This document shows, piece after piece, positions 51,593-63,893 of a DNA stretch of 64,000 nucleotides. Source of the stretch: Paraspadella gotoi. Its lineage: Eukaryota > Animalia > Chaetognatha. A model generated the notes under the pieces. That model saw nothing but the letters and a program-made list of their open reading frames with translations, made no database searches and was not told the DNA's origin. Location of the stretch: contig CM119265.1 in assembly GCA_051294375.1 (NCBI GenBank), positions 14,732,963 through 14,796,962 on the forward strand, written 5' to 3'. Both the position numbers and the translations under genes were made by a program. Positions within the stretch are counted from its first letter, which is position 1, and each line of letters starts with the position of its first letter.

Positions 51593-51936
51593 CGTCAGCG
51601 GATACGGGATCCGCCTCCCCTTTCAGATCAACCCTATCTCTCTCTCTCTCTCCTTTCCCCTCTCGCTCTCTCCCTCTATCTCTCATTCGATCATGAACAA
51701 ACATCGTAGCGAATCATGGGGCTTCGAGCGGGACTAGGGCAAAGGGGACGTTTTCATGGGCCGAGGGAGTAGGAAGGAGAGACTATGATTTCATAAGTGA
51801 AGCTGCCCTCGGCCCGAATGGTTGTAAAATAATTCTAGCCTTAGTTTTTGTCACTGCGCTTAAACTGTAAATAATTAAATAAACTCTGTTTGCCTCTATC
51901 TTCGTTCGTGATATTTAATTCGCCAAAAACAGTACA
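51593..51936 (+). repeat. Putative 3' LTR of the + env-Gypsy copy
   Basis: Follows the ggcggggggg tract (51581-51590), contains AATAAA at ~51878 and ends in ..gtaca before AT-rich flank. There is no 5' LTR for confirmation. Confidence 0.4.
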
Positions 51937-53449
51937 AAATGGCAAAGAAAGGCAACCTTTTTTTTCAATTATAAAAAATTATCTCGGATGTTTTTTTGAG
52001 TTTTTAGTCATTGTATTATTTCGTCTATTTTGTTGTCTGATTTAGAGACGAAATAATAACTTTTTAATGGTTAACAATAACGACATAATGTTTTTACATA
52101 AAAATGGACATTTTCGGACTTTCATTGTTGTTAACAATTAAAATATTATCATATTGTTTTTGAGTTTTTAATCAAAATTTGTTTAATGACTTTTTCAATA
52201 TTGTTGATTGAAGAATTAATAAAGCCATCTATCAATGTTTACAGACAAGTTTTGATTAATTTTATTATTAATTGACATGTTTGGACTATCAACAAATACG
52301 AGTTTTGATTTAAAAAAATTATAAAACAAAAGCAATTCTTTAAAATCTTGGAAGTTAAGTTTCCCTCTCAAGTGTTCGCTGTTTGATTTGAATGAAACTA
52401 CTTTTATTTATAATAGTTACAAAATTATGATCAGAATATTAAACAAATTAATAGAAACAGTTATATATAAAATGGCAAAAAATAAGTTCCGGTTCATATT
52501 GCCTCAAATACAAAAATGATCCAATCGTCCAATATGTATTTACTATTCAAATTTAGTAATGTTTATTAGACTGTATTTAATTTTCTTACCGATTATTCAA
52601 ACATAATAAACTTAAATCATTAATTCTGATACTAAATGGATCTTTTTCACTTATCTATATGTAAATACTGAGAATTTATCGAATGATTGACTTTTAGCTT
52701 TCAGTTTTTAGCTTTTAACTTTTAGACTTTTTTTAATTTTTGTTTAGTTAAAGAGAAAAATATTTTTCAATCATTAATTCAGTTTAATGTAAAAGTTTGT
52801 TATTATGAGTACATTGAGTAAGATTAGACTAATCACTAAAATTGCCCTGCTTTCCAAGCTTGTGCTCTAAATATGTAAAATTTCCTGTTTTAAAAGAAAA
52901 AAAATTATTATAATTATAATTCTATTATTTTAAATTATTATTAATATTGTTTAATTATATTTTTGATAATACTAATATTATTATTATTTATTTTAATATT
53001 TAACTTTTATTGGTTATTTTTATCTTAGTTATCAAGTTTTATCATATTTACCTATTTATTAAAGCACATATAATGGTAAATTAAACGATCGAATTATACA
53101 ATTTATAAAAGTTTATTTTATGTAATAAAGATTTTAAGCAAGCAAAATAGTTAATTTTATATTTTATGCAAAAATCTGTTTGAATTCCTCATTTTGTTAG
53201 GAAAAAGCATTCAAGCTCTCGTTTAAATACTATTTTATCTTATTTATAAATACTATAACTATTTATATTTATAAAATAAATATTCTAAAAACTTTAATAT
53301 TTAATTATTTATAATATTAGAATAATAAAACGTTTAAAATTACGCGAATAAAGAGCGTCATCGTTACCTGACAAATTCGATCTTAAGCTAATTTGCATAA
53401 TTTAGCTGGGTTGGCAAAAACCTGGGTTTTTTTAAAAAAACCCAGCCCA

Positions 53450-53720
53450 ACCGACGTTGACGCCGCCGCTCGCGCACGAATCCTAGACGACCTCCGAGCA
53501 GACGTTGCCCTCATGCAGCCTCTCCCCGCCGCTTGGCATGCGGTGCCGCCTTCCCACATCCCAGAAACGCTCGCTGACGCCGATCGCGTCTATGTCAGAC
53601 GCAACGGCCATTCGACTCCGCTCCAACCGCCCTACGACGGCCCTTACGATGTCCGTGAACGTGGCCCAAAATCTTTTAAAATTGAAATTCCGGGCCGCGG
53701 CGTCGAAATAATTTCCGATT
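53450..53720 (+). pseudogene. Integrase C-terminal GPY/F fragment of a different Gypsy element
   Basis: VYVRRNGHSTPLQPPYDGPYDVRERGPKSFKIEI. Confidence 0.85.
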
Positions 53721-54031
53721 AAAGTTTTTTTTAAGCCTCCGAAGGAAATACTCGTTCGTCGCTACCTAAATTTCGGCAAATTAAAAGAGAGAAAATCCAA
53801 AATTACGCTTCGCGTGCCTTTGCGGTTCAACAAAAGGACATCGAATTTGAAGTAAGATTGCTCTGGTTTATTCGGACGCAAGGAGTTATAGAAAAAATAT
53901 TGGGCCCTTATTATTTTTTTATAACAAATTGCTGATTGTCTAGACCAGAATAATTCGTTGCCATTTCATATTTTTCTTCCAAGGTCTATCGCAGATCTTA
54001 CCTTACCTTTTCTTGAGAAATTTTTTTAGTC

Positions 54032-55395
54032 ATGGCATCAGGGGAACCGTCGGGTCTGGACCGCCAGATTGGCGAATGGGAGACCATTGCAATTCAAACA
54101 GCGGACGATCTAAAGAGAGTCGTTCCTCGATCAGTTGGAACGAGGAATCGATGCGCGGCTTGCAGAAGGATCGACATCGACCATCATGGTGGATCGACGA
54201 AGACCTGCAAAAGGGTTCCTCTCACGGATGAGGAATACGTTCAAAGTTTGAAAAAGGCGGTAGACGATATGAGAGAGATGATTGTGGAGAGAAAATCTAA
54301 AGACGAGAGAGTTGCTGAGTTAGAGGAACTCAATGAAAGACTCATCAGAGAGAGAGAGAGTGGAGTGAGAGAGAGAGAGAGTGGAGAGACAGAGAGAGAA
54401 AGAATGGAAAAGTTGATGGAAGAGAGAGATGGTATGATCGCTTCTTTAAGAGAGGATTTGGTTGAAGTGAAATCGGAAGTCCAGGGTAAAATAGAGTTAA
54501 TATGTAAAACCACCCATGACTGGGTGATAGGAGACGTAATGGACAAAACGATGAGTGACATTCTGAAAACACATGGTATTGACGTGAATGTTGTTTTTTC
54601 TCAGCAGGATCGTCCTCGATCGCCCATTCCGGTGACGTCAACGGCGCCGGTCGTCTCTTCAAGGGATAGCATTGTCATCACCCGACCAACGACGACTTCG
54701 TCGACATCCGTTGCATCGGGAGACGTGCTCTTTCCATCGGGCATTTGCCCGATACCGCCCGTGACTTCACTTCCTTTTTCCTTACCTAAGCCTTCCCCTA
54801 CCATCTCGTTTTTTCCGTCCTCCACTTTTCCATCTCTCCCCACTTTCCCGTCTATTTTCCCTTACCCGCCTACTTCTCTACCCGTTCCCCCTCCCATTCC
54901 GTGCGTTCCTGCATCGTCTGCGGCGCCAGCGCCGCCGAGGTCATCGATCAACTTGCCAGACGGAGCTGCGGTCGGCAAATCGATGAAGCAGATCAAGACG
55001 AAGCTGAAACAAACGGACGACGCTTTCACATTTCTGCAAAAAGAATCCATAATCTTGCAGGAAGTAGCGATGTTTTTTTCCGAGTGAATCTCTCTCAACG
55101 GCGGTAGCCATTATCATAGCGCACGGGAATGATAGCTTAAGGCCTATTATGCAGCATTTAGCTTTAAAACCTATTAGTTCTTTGCACGAATTTTTACTTT
55201 CACTTAAAGGTCATCTGTTCCCTAATTTTCAAAATAGTTGTCTTGGCAAGTATCAAGCCATAAAACAAATGAAAGACGAAACTGTAATGCAATTTTATTT
55301 ACGTTTTTCTTATGTTATGAAAGCATTGGGGAGGGATGAAAATCAGTTTATTAATGACTTTGTTGATAAGTTAAAAGATCGTGATATTGCACAAA
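54032..55395 (+). pseudogene. gag: Retrotransposon Gag-like protein (N-terminal Cys/His motif, coiled coil, Pro/Ser linker, capsid/MHR-like), frameshifted and truncated
   Basis: CAAC..HH..C, an E/R-rich coiled coil, and YQAIKQMKDETVMQFYLRF (Retrotrans_gag QxxxExVxxFxxRF pattern). Confidence 0.7.
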
Positions 55396-55659
55396 CACCT
55401 CTGGCGCGCCCACGCGGTCGTCCTCGTCGTGCTTCAGCTCCTCCGCCCACGCCCCCGCCTCCAGAAAAGGAAGCGGCGCCACTCGCGTCTTCCATGACGC
55501 CGCACGTTACTCGACGTCAATCAGTTTCAATTCCCGGTCTCTTGAACATTCTTCCGACGATGCTTCAGCCGCCGGAAGATGACAAAGACAACGACATAGT
55601 TATCCAATGACTCTTTCAAGCCTTCTCCTCATCCGGATGAAACCTTGGTGGGGGGGATG

Positions 55660-55872
55660 TGTGGACAAACAATTACAACACGCAACCTCCGTCAAACCAT
55701 TTGACCTTAACTCAACCTTACTCTCGATTGTTTTGCTTTTCCCTTTATGGTCAAATTCTGACCTTGTAAATATCCATTGTTATAGACTTAGCATCTGAGC
55801 CTTTTGCCTTTTATTGTTATTTTACTTGTTGAAGAATATATCATTCTTACTCTGAAACTTGTTGCGTCCACA
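55660..55872 (+). repeat. 3' LTR (213 bp) preceded by PPT
   Basis: PPT G-run at 55647-55657. The LTR starts TGTGGAC and ends GTCCACA, a 7-bp terminal inverted repeat. An integrase-tail-like PRGRPRR segment lies upstream. Confidence 0.8.
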
Positions 55873-56472
55873 GCCGACACAGGACGACACAGGAGATACG
55901 ACAAAATTGGCATGCCGCCGCCGTCTGGAGCGGCAACTCCAGAAGCGCCAATGGATCTTCGCATCGTTCCGCCGCCGAAATGGAGAGAGAATGTTGCGTT
56001 CCGCTTTCTCTGTTCCACAACCTTTTCAACTCGTATATGGAATGCTGCTGCCTAATCCTTTCGTGGCAATCGCCAGCTGCCGCGTCACAGCAGTTTGGTC
56101 GTTGGATTGCCCCGAGTGCATTCTGTCGTGTGGGCGTGGCCGACGCCGAACGGAACCTTTTCCGGAAAGGAGTTTCGACGTCTTGGGGTTTCTCGAATGT
56201 TTCTGAGACGCAGCAGCCGCCGCCAGGATTTGCTTCTCCCGCGATGAATTGGGCGCCACCGGCGCCGGGAGCCTCCCCTCGAGAGCTGAATCTGTTAGAA
56301 TAGATCTGTTAGAAACGTTTTTAACCGATATTATTATTATTATGGACGAGTCCATTTAAAAAAAAAAATTCCGATTATGAGATTTTTCGACGTCTCAAAA
56401 CGAAAGAGATCGATCTTTAAGGGCAACAAAACTTGGAAGACAATACTCTTCGCAGCATTCTGTGTCAGCTGT

Positions 56473-57370
56473 AGCGCCCGTCCGACGCGGAAGTTTATTA
56501 TTAAGCAAATGAGGAATGGTTGTAAGCAGAAAAAAGGCACGATAAATCTTAAGATCATAATAAATATATTATATCAGTTTCATACATATTGATGATTCAT
56601 AGGCCTTAATATACAGTAGGAAACAATATATAAAATGACTATCGCCAGAACTGCTGCTGGCGCATTTTTGCGCATCATTTTTGGGAATTATCAATGATAA
56701 ATACCTTGAGAGAAAATACATTTGCATCTCCTATAACCAGAGGTTTTGCGAGGAAAGCCTAGTTTTTGCACTACAATAAAAAGAAATATTGCTTTCTGTA
56801 CTATTCCAATATTTTTCTTATTTGAAAGATTCTTTTTTGGTTTTTAGTTAGAGTTACGCTTACGCTACCTATTCAAAAAATAAAATTTTTCTTTTCAGTA
56901 TTTTCCATACAGTAAATATTTCAAAAAGCCTTGTTTTTTGGTATCAAATTCCCTATTATTTTTCGGTCGATAGAGAAATAAAAATTTCGTCGAATACTGC
57001 TAATCCCTACCAAGGGCCCTCTTTTCCCCCTTTCAAAAATAAATTCATTTAATTTTGTTTCTCCTCAGAGAAAAGGTTTTTGGTAGGGATATAATAATAT
57101 AATAAATAATATAATAATATATAATAATAGTTCACTCGATTCCATATTTCGTGACAATCGGTCGGCGGTATTTAAAGTTGACGGTATGAAACTAACAATA
57201 ATGTTAAATTCTTGTATATATTTTAGAATTTAGAATTCTAGTACCAACAAACATGGGTCTTACAGCCCAATCAAATGTATTAAGTATTAATTTTGAAAAA
57301 TATTGAATCAAATACATTCTTTTTTCGTCAGGATCTCCTCCCTGCAAAACTTCCGCGTCGGACGGGCGCT
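56473..57370. mobile_element. MITE-like ~900 bp segment bounded by a perfect 24-bp inverted repeat
   Basis: agcgcccgtccgacgcggaagttt at 56473-56496 and its reverse complement at 57347-57370. The interior is AT-rich. No clear TSD. Confidence 0.55.
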
Positions 57371-57379
57371 CTATATAGT

Positions 57380-58110
57380 TTCCAGAAATTTAAGTTAACC
57401 TGGCGCCAAATAGAAGATCTAACATAGTAACAGAGTACATAATTGCTCCCCAGATGGCCTTCCACTCATTAGTTAAACTAACTCCAAGTACTCTTTCCCA
57501 TTTCTCTTCATAATGCCTTACCACTCTAACATTAATTCTCAATTGAGAATAAGTTTCTGCAAAAGACATTTCACTCAACCTCCTATTCGCCCCCTGTACC
57601 TCTAAAATGAAGTCAGGAGGATGATCAGTTGGGACAATGTTTTCAACTAGCTCCCTCACTCTACATTGGATATCAAAAATCCTTTTTCTCTGAGAGCGTG
57701 GAGTTTCATTCATTGGCATGTTCAAAAATTGACCAACAGTCTCAATTCCTCGTTCTACTATATTACTAAACGACTTTAAAACTATTCCATCTGAATCAGT
57801 CACATTTGCATTATATAATAAATGGTAATCATCAACAGGCAAATTACCCGGTTCAAATTTGAAAGGCAAGCATGACCAAGCCCTTACAGCCTCAGCATAA
57901 AACCCGACCAATACCAATGGTAATCCCACTACTTTTGCCCTCAGGCTATCCAATCCATAAAAGCCACATGCTTGTTCTCCAATAAGCTCATCTGCTAAAA
58001 CTCTAGCAAAAGATTCCTTAGGCATGCTTAACAACCTTTCAATCCACATTATTCTCTGTGCTTTAACCTAATCTCTGATATCCATTAATTGCGCTCCACC
58101 ATTATAACAT
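57380..58110 (-). pseudogene. L1/Tx1-like non-LTR retrotransposon ORF2 fragment (post-RT region)
   Basis: GGAQLMDIRD*VKAQRIMWIERLL and later YSQL...EEKWERVLG...WKAIW, typical of the L1/Tx1 ORF2 C-terminal region. Confidence 0.75.
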
Positions 58111-58309
58111 CTCGAACAAAACCTCGTACGTTTTTAAAATCGGCTAATAAATAAATGATTTTTCGCTTACGAAGTTTTTATTCGTTACCTAATTCCGATC
58201 GAATAAAAAAAATTAAAAAAAATTTTAAAATTGATTTTCGTTTTTTGTAAAGTTTTCGATCTTATAATTCATTATATTTTTATAATGAGAAAATATTTTT
58301 TAAAAAAAT

Positions 58310-58406
58310 GTATATGAAATGGTACAACTAATATAAAAATTATCCATTCATTTAATAATTAAGCTATCTTGCCCATTACTTTGGACAGGCTTTGGTGTTT
58401 AAGGCC
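58310..58406. repeat. Short dispersed repeat shared with ~3655-3758 and (inverted) ~23046-23150
   Basis: aaaattatccattcattt...ctttggacaggctttggtgtttaaggcc matches both loci. Confidence 0.7.
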
Positions 58407-61309
58407 AGGGATCACTCAATCTAAAATTGTAGAAATTCTTAATTTACTGTATCTTAATCATTTTCTCTTATCTTGTAAGAGGTTTTCTATTGAAAAATAA
58501 TAGAACACTTTTAAAAATCTACATAAAATGTTCATAAAAATTTAAACATAATTTTTTCTTCTGGTAAAACTAGATTTTCAAGAGAAAATAATAATTTTTT
58601 ATATGTAAGTTAAATTTCTATAACTAAATTTTTAACTTAAAACTGATTCTTTACAGTAAGCTCAATTTCTACTTCTTATATTTAATTCTTCCTTTGGTAA
58701 AAGTACATACTTGGAGTTGTATCACTATAATTCTAAAATAAACTACTACACATTTTCCAGACGGGTTTTTATACTTTTATGATTTTTATGAGTTAAAAAA
58801 CTTATCGAATTTATTTCAATTTGACTTTTTACTTTATGTAATGTTTAATGAGTTTTAATGAGTACAGAATTTAACTTTATTGACGAGTGAAGTTAAAAAC
58901 GAAGAGTTGCAGCTCAAACCGTTGGACTTTTCTTGAAGAAAAAAATATCTTGGGCAAGAAAGGAAAGGTGGGGAAATTCTATGAGCGCGTTTTTTGAAAA
59001 AAATGTTTTCGTTTCAAAGATATCAAGGAATTAATCCCAAAAATAGATTAAAATAATAAAATTTTATATGTAGGAAGCAAATTTTGAAAGTATCTTTCAT
59101 AGAATTGGAGTTCGTCACCTAAAAGTAATCCATGCCAAATTTCATGAAAAACCGCCTTACCGTTTGGGCTGCAACTCTTCAAATAGGTTTCTTTTATTTA
59201 TATATAGTACAAAAAAAATCGAAAAAAGGATGACGCATTTGAAAAAATAGTAAAGTGAATACATTTTCGGAATCGTCAGGAGCTCTCCTTTCAAAATCCG
59301 AGCTCGTTTTTTAGCCTAATTATAATTTGAATTGAGTGATCCCGGACCTTAAACACAACAATGCTCGGGAAAATATTTTTGGACCGCCAATTTTTATATA
59401 TAAAATAAAGGATTTCTCCAACTTCAATACAATGTCAACGCATTTAAGTATGTTGTCATTTTACAATAAACTTCAAATTCAGGAATCCGATAGCAATATG
59501 TTCACATTTTTATTTGGTTATTTTAACATGATACGATCATGGTAAAGTGAATTAGTTCCATTTTGGTGAAATTTTTATTAAAGTAAAAGTAAAAGAGGAG
59601 CTAACGATCAGGAATTCTAAGAGTTTTCAACCGGGAGTCAGATTCGGAAAAAAATCTTATATGGCGAAAATCTTCCAAAGAAGGGGTGGATTTTCCGAAG
59701 ATTTTGTTAATATTTTTCTATATTTATGGTCGGATTTTTTTGAAACTTAACAATTAGCAATATTGCCAATCAATCTACATTGTCCGGTCAAAGAATATAT
59801 TAAAAAAACCTCTGACTTTTTTCGTCAGAGCTTAGTCCTAAAGCTATGCCTATGGGTTAACATTAATTATTTCAGTTACTATGGTAATTGGCCAAAAAAC
59901 AATTAATAATTATATATAATTATAATAACTAAGTGAAAAAAGATCAAATTATAATGAAAAAAATATTTTGAACAATTTAAATGTCAAATATCAAAAGTAA
60001 ACCAGAAGTTGCAGAGACGACCGCCAGCCAGGAAGATCTGACAAAACGCTGCGTCATTAGGGAGTGCCGAAGAGAAAACCGTGCAGCGGCACAAAATCCA
60101 AACAAACGAACGAGCCAGGGTCGCCGCGCCTTTACTGGAGAGTGAACGAATGAGAGGTGCCTGAATCCCAGCGAAGAGAGATAATCTCTGAGGCGCGATG
60201 GGCCGAGAAAAAGAGAGCGTTGGAACAAGGAACTCGGCGAGGACTGGAAGTTGTGGACGAGTCGAGGATGCGCAGTGATGAGGCTGCAAACCAAGGAGAA
60301 AATGACCAAACGTGAACCAAATTATTACTTTCTTTTAAAATCTTTTTTAAACAAGTTTGAGCAAACAATGTCGGATCTGCAAGTTAAGAAAAAGCATGCA
60401 AGTTAAAAAAATGATAACAAGTTGAAAAAATGACGCGAATTTAAAAATGATGCAAATGGAAAAAATTATATGAGTTGAAAAAATGGATGTGAGTGCGAAA
60501 AAATGATGNNNNNNNNNNNNNNNNNNNNNNNNNNNNNNNNNNNNNNNNNNNNNNNNNNNNNNNNNNNNNNNNNNNNNNNNNNNNNNNNNNNNNNNNNNNN
60601 NNNNNNNNAGAGAGAGAGAGAGAGAGAGAGTCACCGTCGGAAAGGAAGGAAAACAAACAAAAACAGAGGAATACAAAAAGAGTGGAGGAAAAACAAGCTA
60701 AATCTGGCAGGCGCACCTGAGAGCAATCTGAACAATAGGGGGCAGAGGAAGGGGAGGAGGAGAGGAGGAGGAGGAGGAGGAGGAGGAGGAGGAAGACGAC
60801 GACAAAGAAAACCACTTTCCCTCCCGCTGTTTCGTCTTTCTTGAGAACCAGAAGTCGCCGTCTTAAGTGTCTTTTGCGTTCGATGACTTTTGTTTGTTTT
60901 TCTATTTATATTGTTAAATATTTCTCATATTCTCATCTTTCTTATATCCATTTTGTATCATTCGAATAAAAATAATATTTTTGTTCATAATATAATATAA
61001 ATTAATTAAATTTAATAAATTATAAATGTATATAAAATAATAAAAGATATGTATGTTTTGAATTATTACATTAAGCAAACAACAAATATGTCACCGACGA
61101 CGACGACGACAACAACAAACAAACAAAGTGAAACCTAAAATAGGAATGACAGAAATGCTCATTTTCTCACCGTTGGTTCTGAGGGAGAAAAAGGGAGAGA
61201 GAGTGAGAGAAGAAGAGAGAGAAAGAGAGACAGAGAGAGAGAGAGAAAGGGATCATGGTCTCTTCCTCTCATTGAATTTGTCAACTCAATTTTCCTGGAC
61301 AAGAAATCC

Positions 61310-61379
<70 letters not shown>

Positions 61380-61670
61380 GAGAGATGGAATCGGAAAAGG
61401 ATTTTGACCTGAAACCTTGGAAATGACCAACGGATAGAAGAGAAAAAAATAAGATTTGCATGTTGAAGGTTGCTAAGTTATATTATATTACTATTGGACA
61501 AAATTAAAGTATTATAAAACTTATAAAAATATTATATCTTTCTGGTGGACAAAAAACTACAAACTTGGTCAAACTATTGACCTTACTTTCACGACCTGAT
61601 CTCTCTCTCTCTCTCTCTCTCATCTCTCTCTCGCCTTCTTTCTCTCTCTCTATCTCTCTCTCCTTTCTCT

Positions 61671-61723
<53 letters not shown>

Positions 61724-61758
61724 GCCTTCTCTCTCCTCTCTCTCTCTCTCTTTCTCTT

Positions 61759-61793
<35 letters not shown>

Positions 61794-61807
61794 TCTCTCT
61801 CTCGCCT

Positions 61808-61840
<33 letters not shown>

Positions 61841-62439
61841 CTCTCTCTCTTTCTCTCTCAATCTGATAATAAAGTCATTTTTGACCTGAAAATTTTTTCC
61901 TTTGATTGTTTAATTTTTTTTTATCTAGAACAATAGAAATTTTATTGAATAAAATAAATATTTTATTTTTAATATTTTCAATAAACTGACGACAAAATGT
62001 TTTGCTTTACATGTCGCTTGAATCCGAATTTTTGAATTTCGTCAATTTTTCTCGGTTCTCGTCTAATCTATAAACAAATAAAACAAAACTCAAAGAATTA
62101 GAATCTAAAAAAATAATTACAACGTTATAACATAAGATTATCATTGAAAAGGTAAATAATATATGAACCGACAAATGACAATATTACAATCCGACATTAA
62201 ACATCTCTAACGGAAGAAATTTTACGTAACAATAAACTTATTTCAGGCCAAACTAAACTAAAATACAAAGCATTAATAGAACGCGAAATATAATTGTGAA
62301 ATTCACACGAACTATTTTAAAAACAAAACAAATAAACAAAAAGCAAAAAAACGTTAACCTGATTCGTCTTTTTAATTTTCTTCCGTCGTCGGAATTTCAT
62401 TCTCCATCCGCCACAAGAAGGACAAAGGTTCGCCATTCG

Positions 62440-62960
62440 CTGTGGAATGAATGAGGAATTCATTAATTAATTAATGAATGATTGATTTATTCAATGATTA
62501 TTCAATGATTTGATTGATCGATTGATTGATTTTAGTGATTGGTTGGTTGGTGTTATTTATTTTTTATTTATTTATTTTTATTTATTTTTTTATTTTATTT
62601 TATTTATTTATTTATATTTTTTTAAATTTATTTATTTATTTTAATTATTTATTTTTTATTTATTCATGATTTATTGATTAGATTTATTGATTTGATTTAT
62701 TGATTTATAATTGATTTCTTGATTTATTAATTGATTTATTGACTATTGATTTTTGATTTATGAATATATTGATTTATGATTCATTGATTCATTGATTTAT
62801 TAATTTATTAATTTATTCAATTTATTGACTTATTGATTTATTGATATTGATTTATGACTTATGATTTATGATTCATTGATCATTAATTTATTAATTTATT
62901 GACTTATTGATTTATTGTATTCTTGATTATTGATTTTTTTATTCTTTTTAATTACCCCAT
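62440..62960. repeat. Degenerate (TTGA/TTTA)n simple-repeat tract
   Basis: Repeated tgatttat and ttgattga units. Confidence 0.85.
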
Positions 62961-63127
62961 TTGTTTATTTGATTAAATAATTGAGAAAACGACTCATTTT
63001 TTGTGTTGCGCGCATGTACTTTTCTTTTTACTTATCATTAAAAACAAAAGGCGACGCCAGTAGTGCTTAGATTTGATTTAACAAGATGACAACTATCTAT
63101 AAGCAAGTTATAAGCGTTTTAACGTAA

Positions 63128-63245
63128 GTGGACAGACAGACGGACCGACCGACGGACGCGACCGAACGGACAGACAGACGGACCGACCGACGGACCGACC
63201 ACGAAAAGTGACTTACAGAGTACTCGGCGCGCAAACTAAAAAATA
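63128..63245 (+). mobile_element. Possible 3' end of a Helentron/DINE-1-like non-autonomous element
   Basis: (GACA/GACG/GACC)n microsatellite followed by cttacagagt..GC-rich..actaaaaa, the usual arrangement of these elements. Confidence 0.4.
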
Positions 63246-63509
63246 AGTGAATTATGGGCCTTAATGACCCCATTTATAATAAAGGAACGCTCCTGTAATT
63301 TCGCTGAGAAAGATAATTTTAAATGCAATACAAATACAAAACAAGAAAATAACCTCACTACTCCCTCTCCCACTTTCCACTCCCACTCCCTCCTCTCTCT
63401 CTCTCTCTCTCTCTCGGTCTCTCTCTCTCTTCTCTCTCTCTCTCACCCTGTCAATCGCGGTATCTCACTCTCTAGCTCTCTCTGTCTCTCTCTCTCTCTC
63501 TCTCTTCTC

Positions 63510-63541
<32 letters not shown>

Positions 63542-63719
63542 TCTCTCTCTCTCACCCTGTCAATCGGCGTATCTCACTCTCTATCTCTTTCTCTCCCCCG
63601 TCTTCCTCCGGAAACGGCGCCCTGCAAATGTGTGCAGAGATCAGCTGTGAGTTCGACGCTTTTATCCATCGCGACCTCGAAGCCAGACGCCTTGACGGTG
63701 GCGAGGAGAGAATCGAACG

Positions 63720-63859
63720 GGACGTGGATGTGAAGGGGTCACGGATGGTTGGACGGAAAAATGAGGGATGTGGAAGGGGTCAGAGATAATTGGGGAAAGA
63801 AAGAGGATGTGGAGGGGTCAAGGAAAGTTGGACGAGAAATGAGGGATGTTGAAGGGGTC

Positions 63860-63862
<3 letters not shown>
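63720..63862. repeat. Minisatellite, ~4 copies of a ~39 bp unit
   Basis: The core ggatgt(g)gaaggggtca occurs four times with alternating spacers. Confidence 0.75.

Positions 63863-63893
<31 letters not shown>

Larger units (their letters stand above)
43970..51936 (+). mobile_element. Ty3/Gypsy-type LTR retrotransposon with env and an OTU-like insert; 5'-truncated and defective
   Basis: Order is gag-PR-RT-RH-IN-env, followed by a G-rich PPT-like tract and an LTR-like tail. The RT motifs are Gypsy-like. No 5' LTR is visible. Confidence 0.92.

Noticed and set aside
53405-53450. Short palindrome gggttggcaaaaacctgggttttttt/aaaaaaacccagcccaa as a DNA-transposon end
   Set aside because: No partner terminus or TSD is visible in the window.
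55088-55099. atctctctcaac, matching the start of the PacBio SMRTbell adapter
   Set aside because: Only 12 nt, inside gag-like sequence, with no inversion around it.
63720-63862. CRISPR-like repeat-spacer pattern
   Set aside because: The spacers are related to each other, the context is eukaryotic and there are no cas genes; this is a minisatellite.
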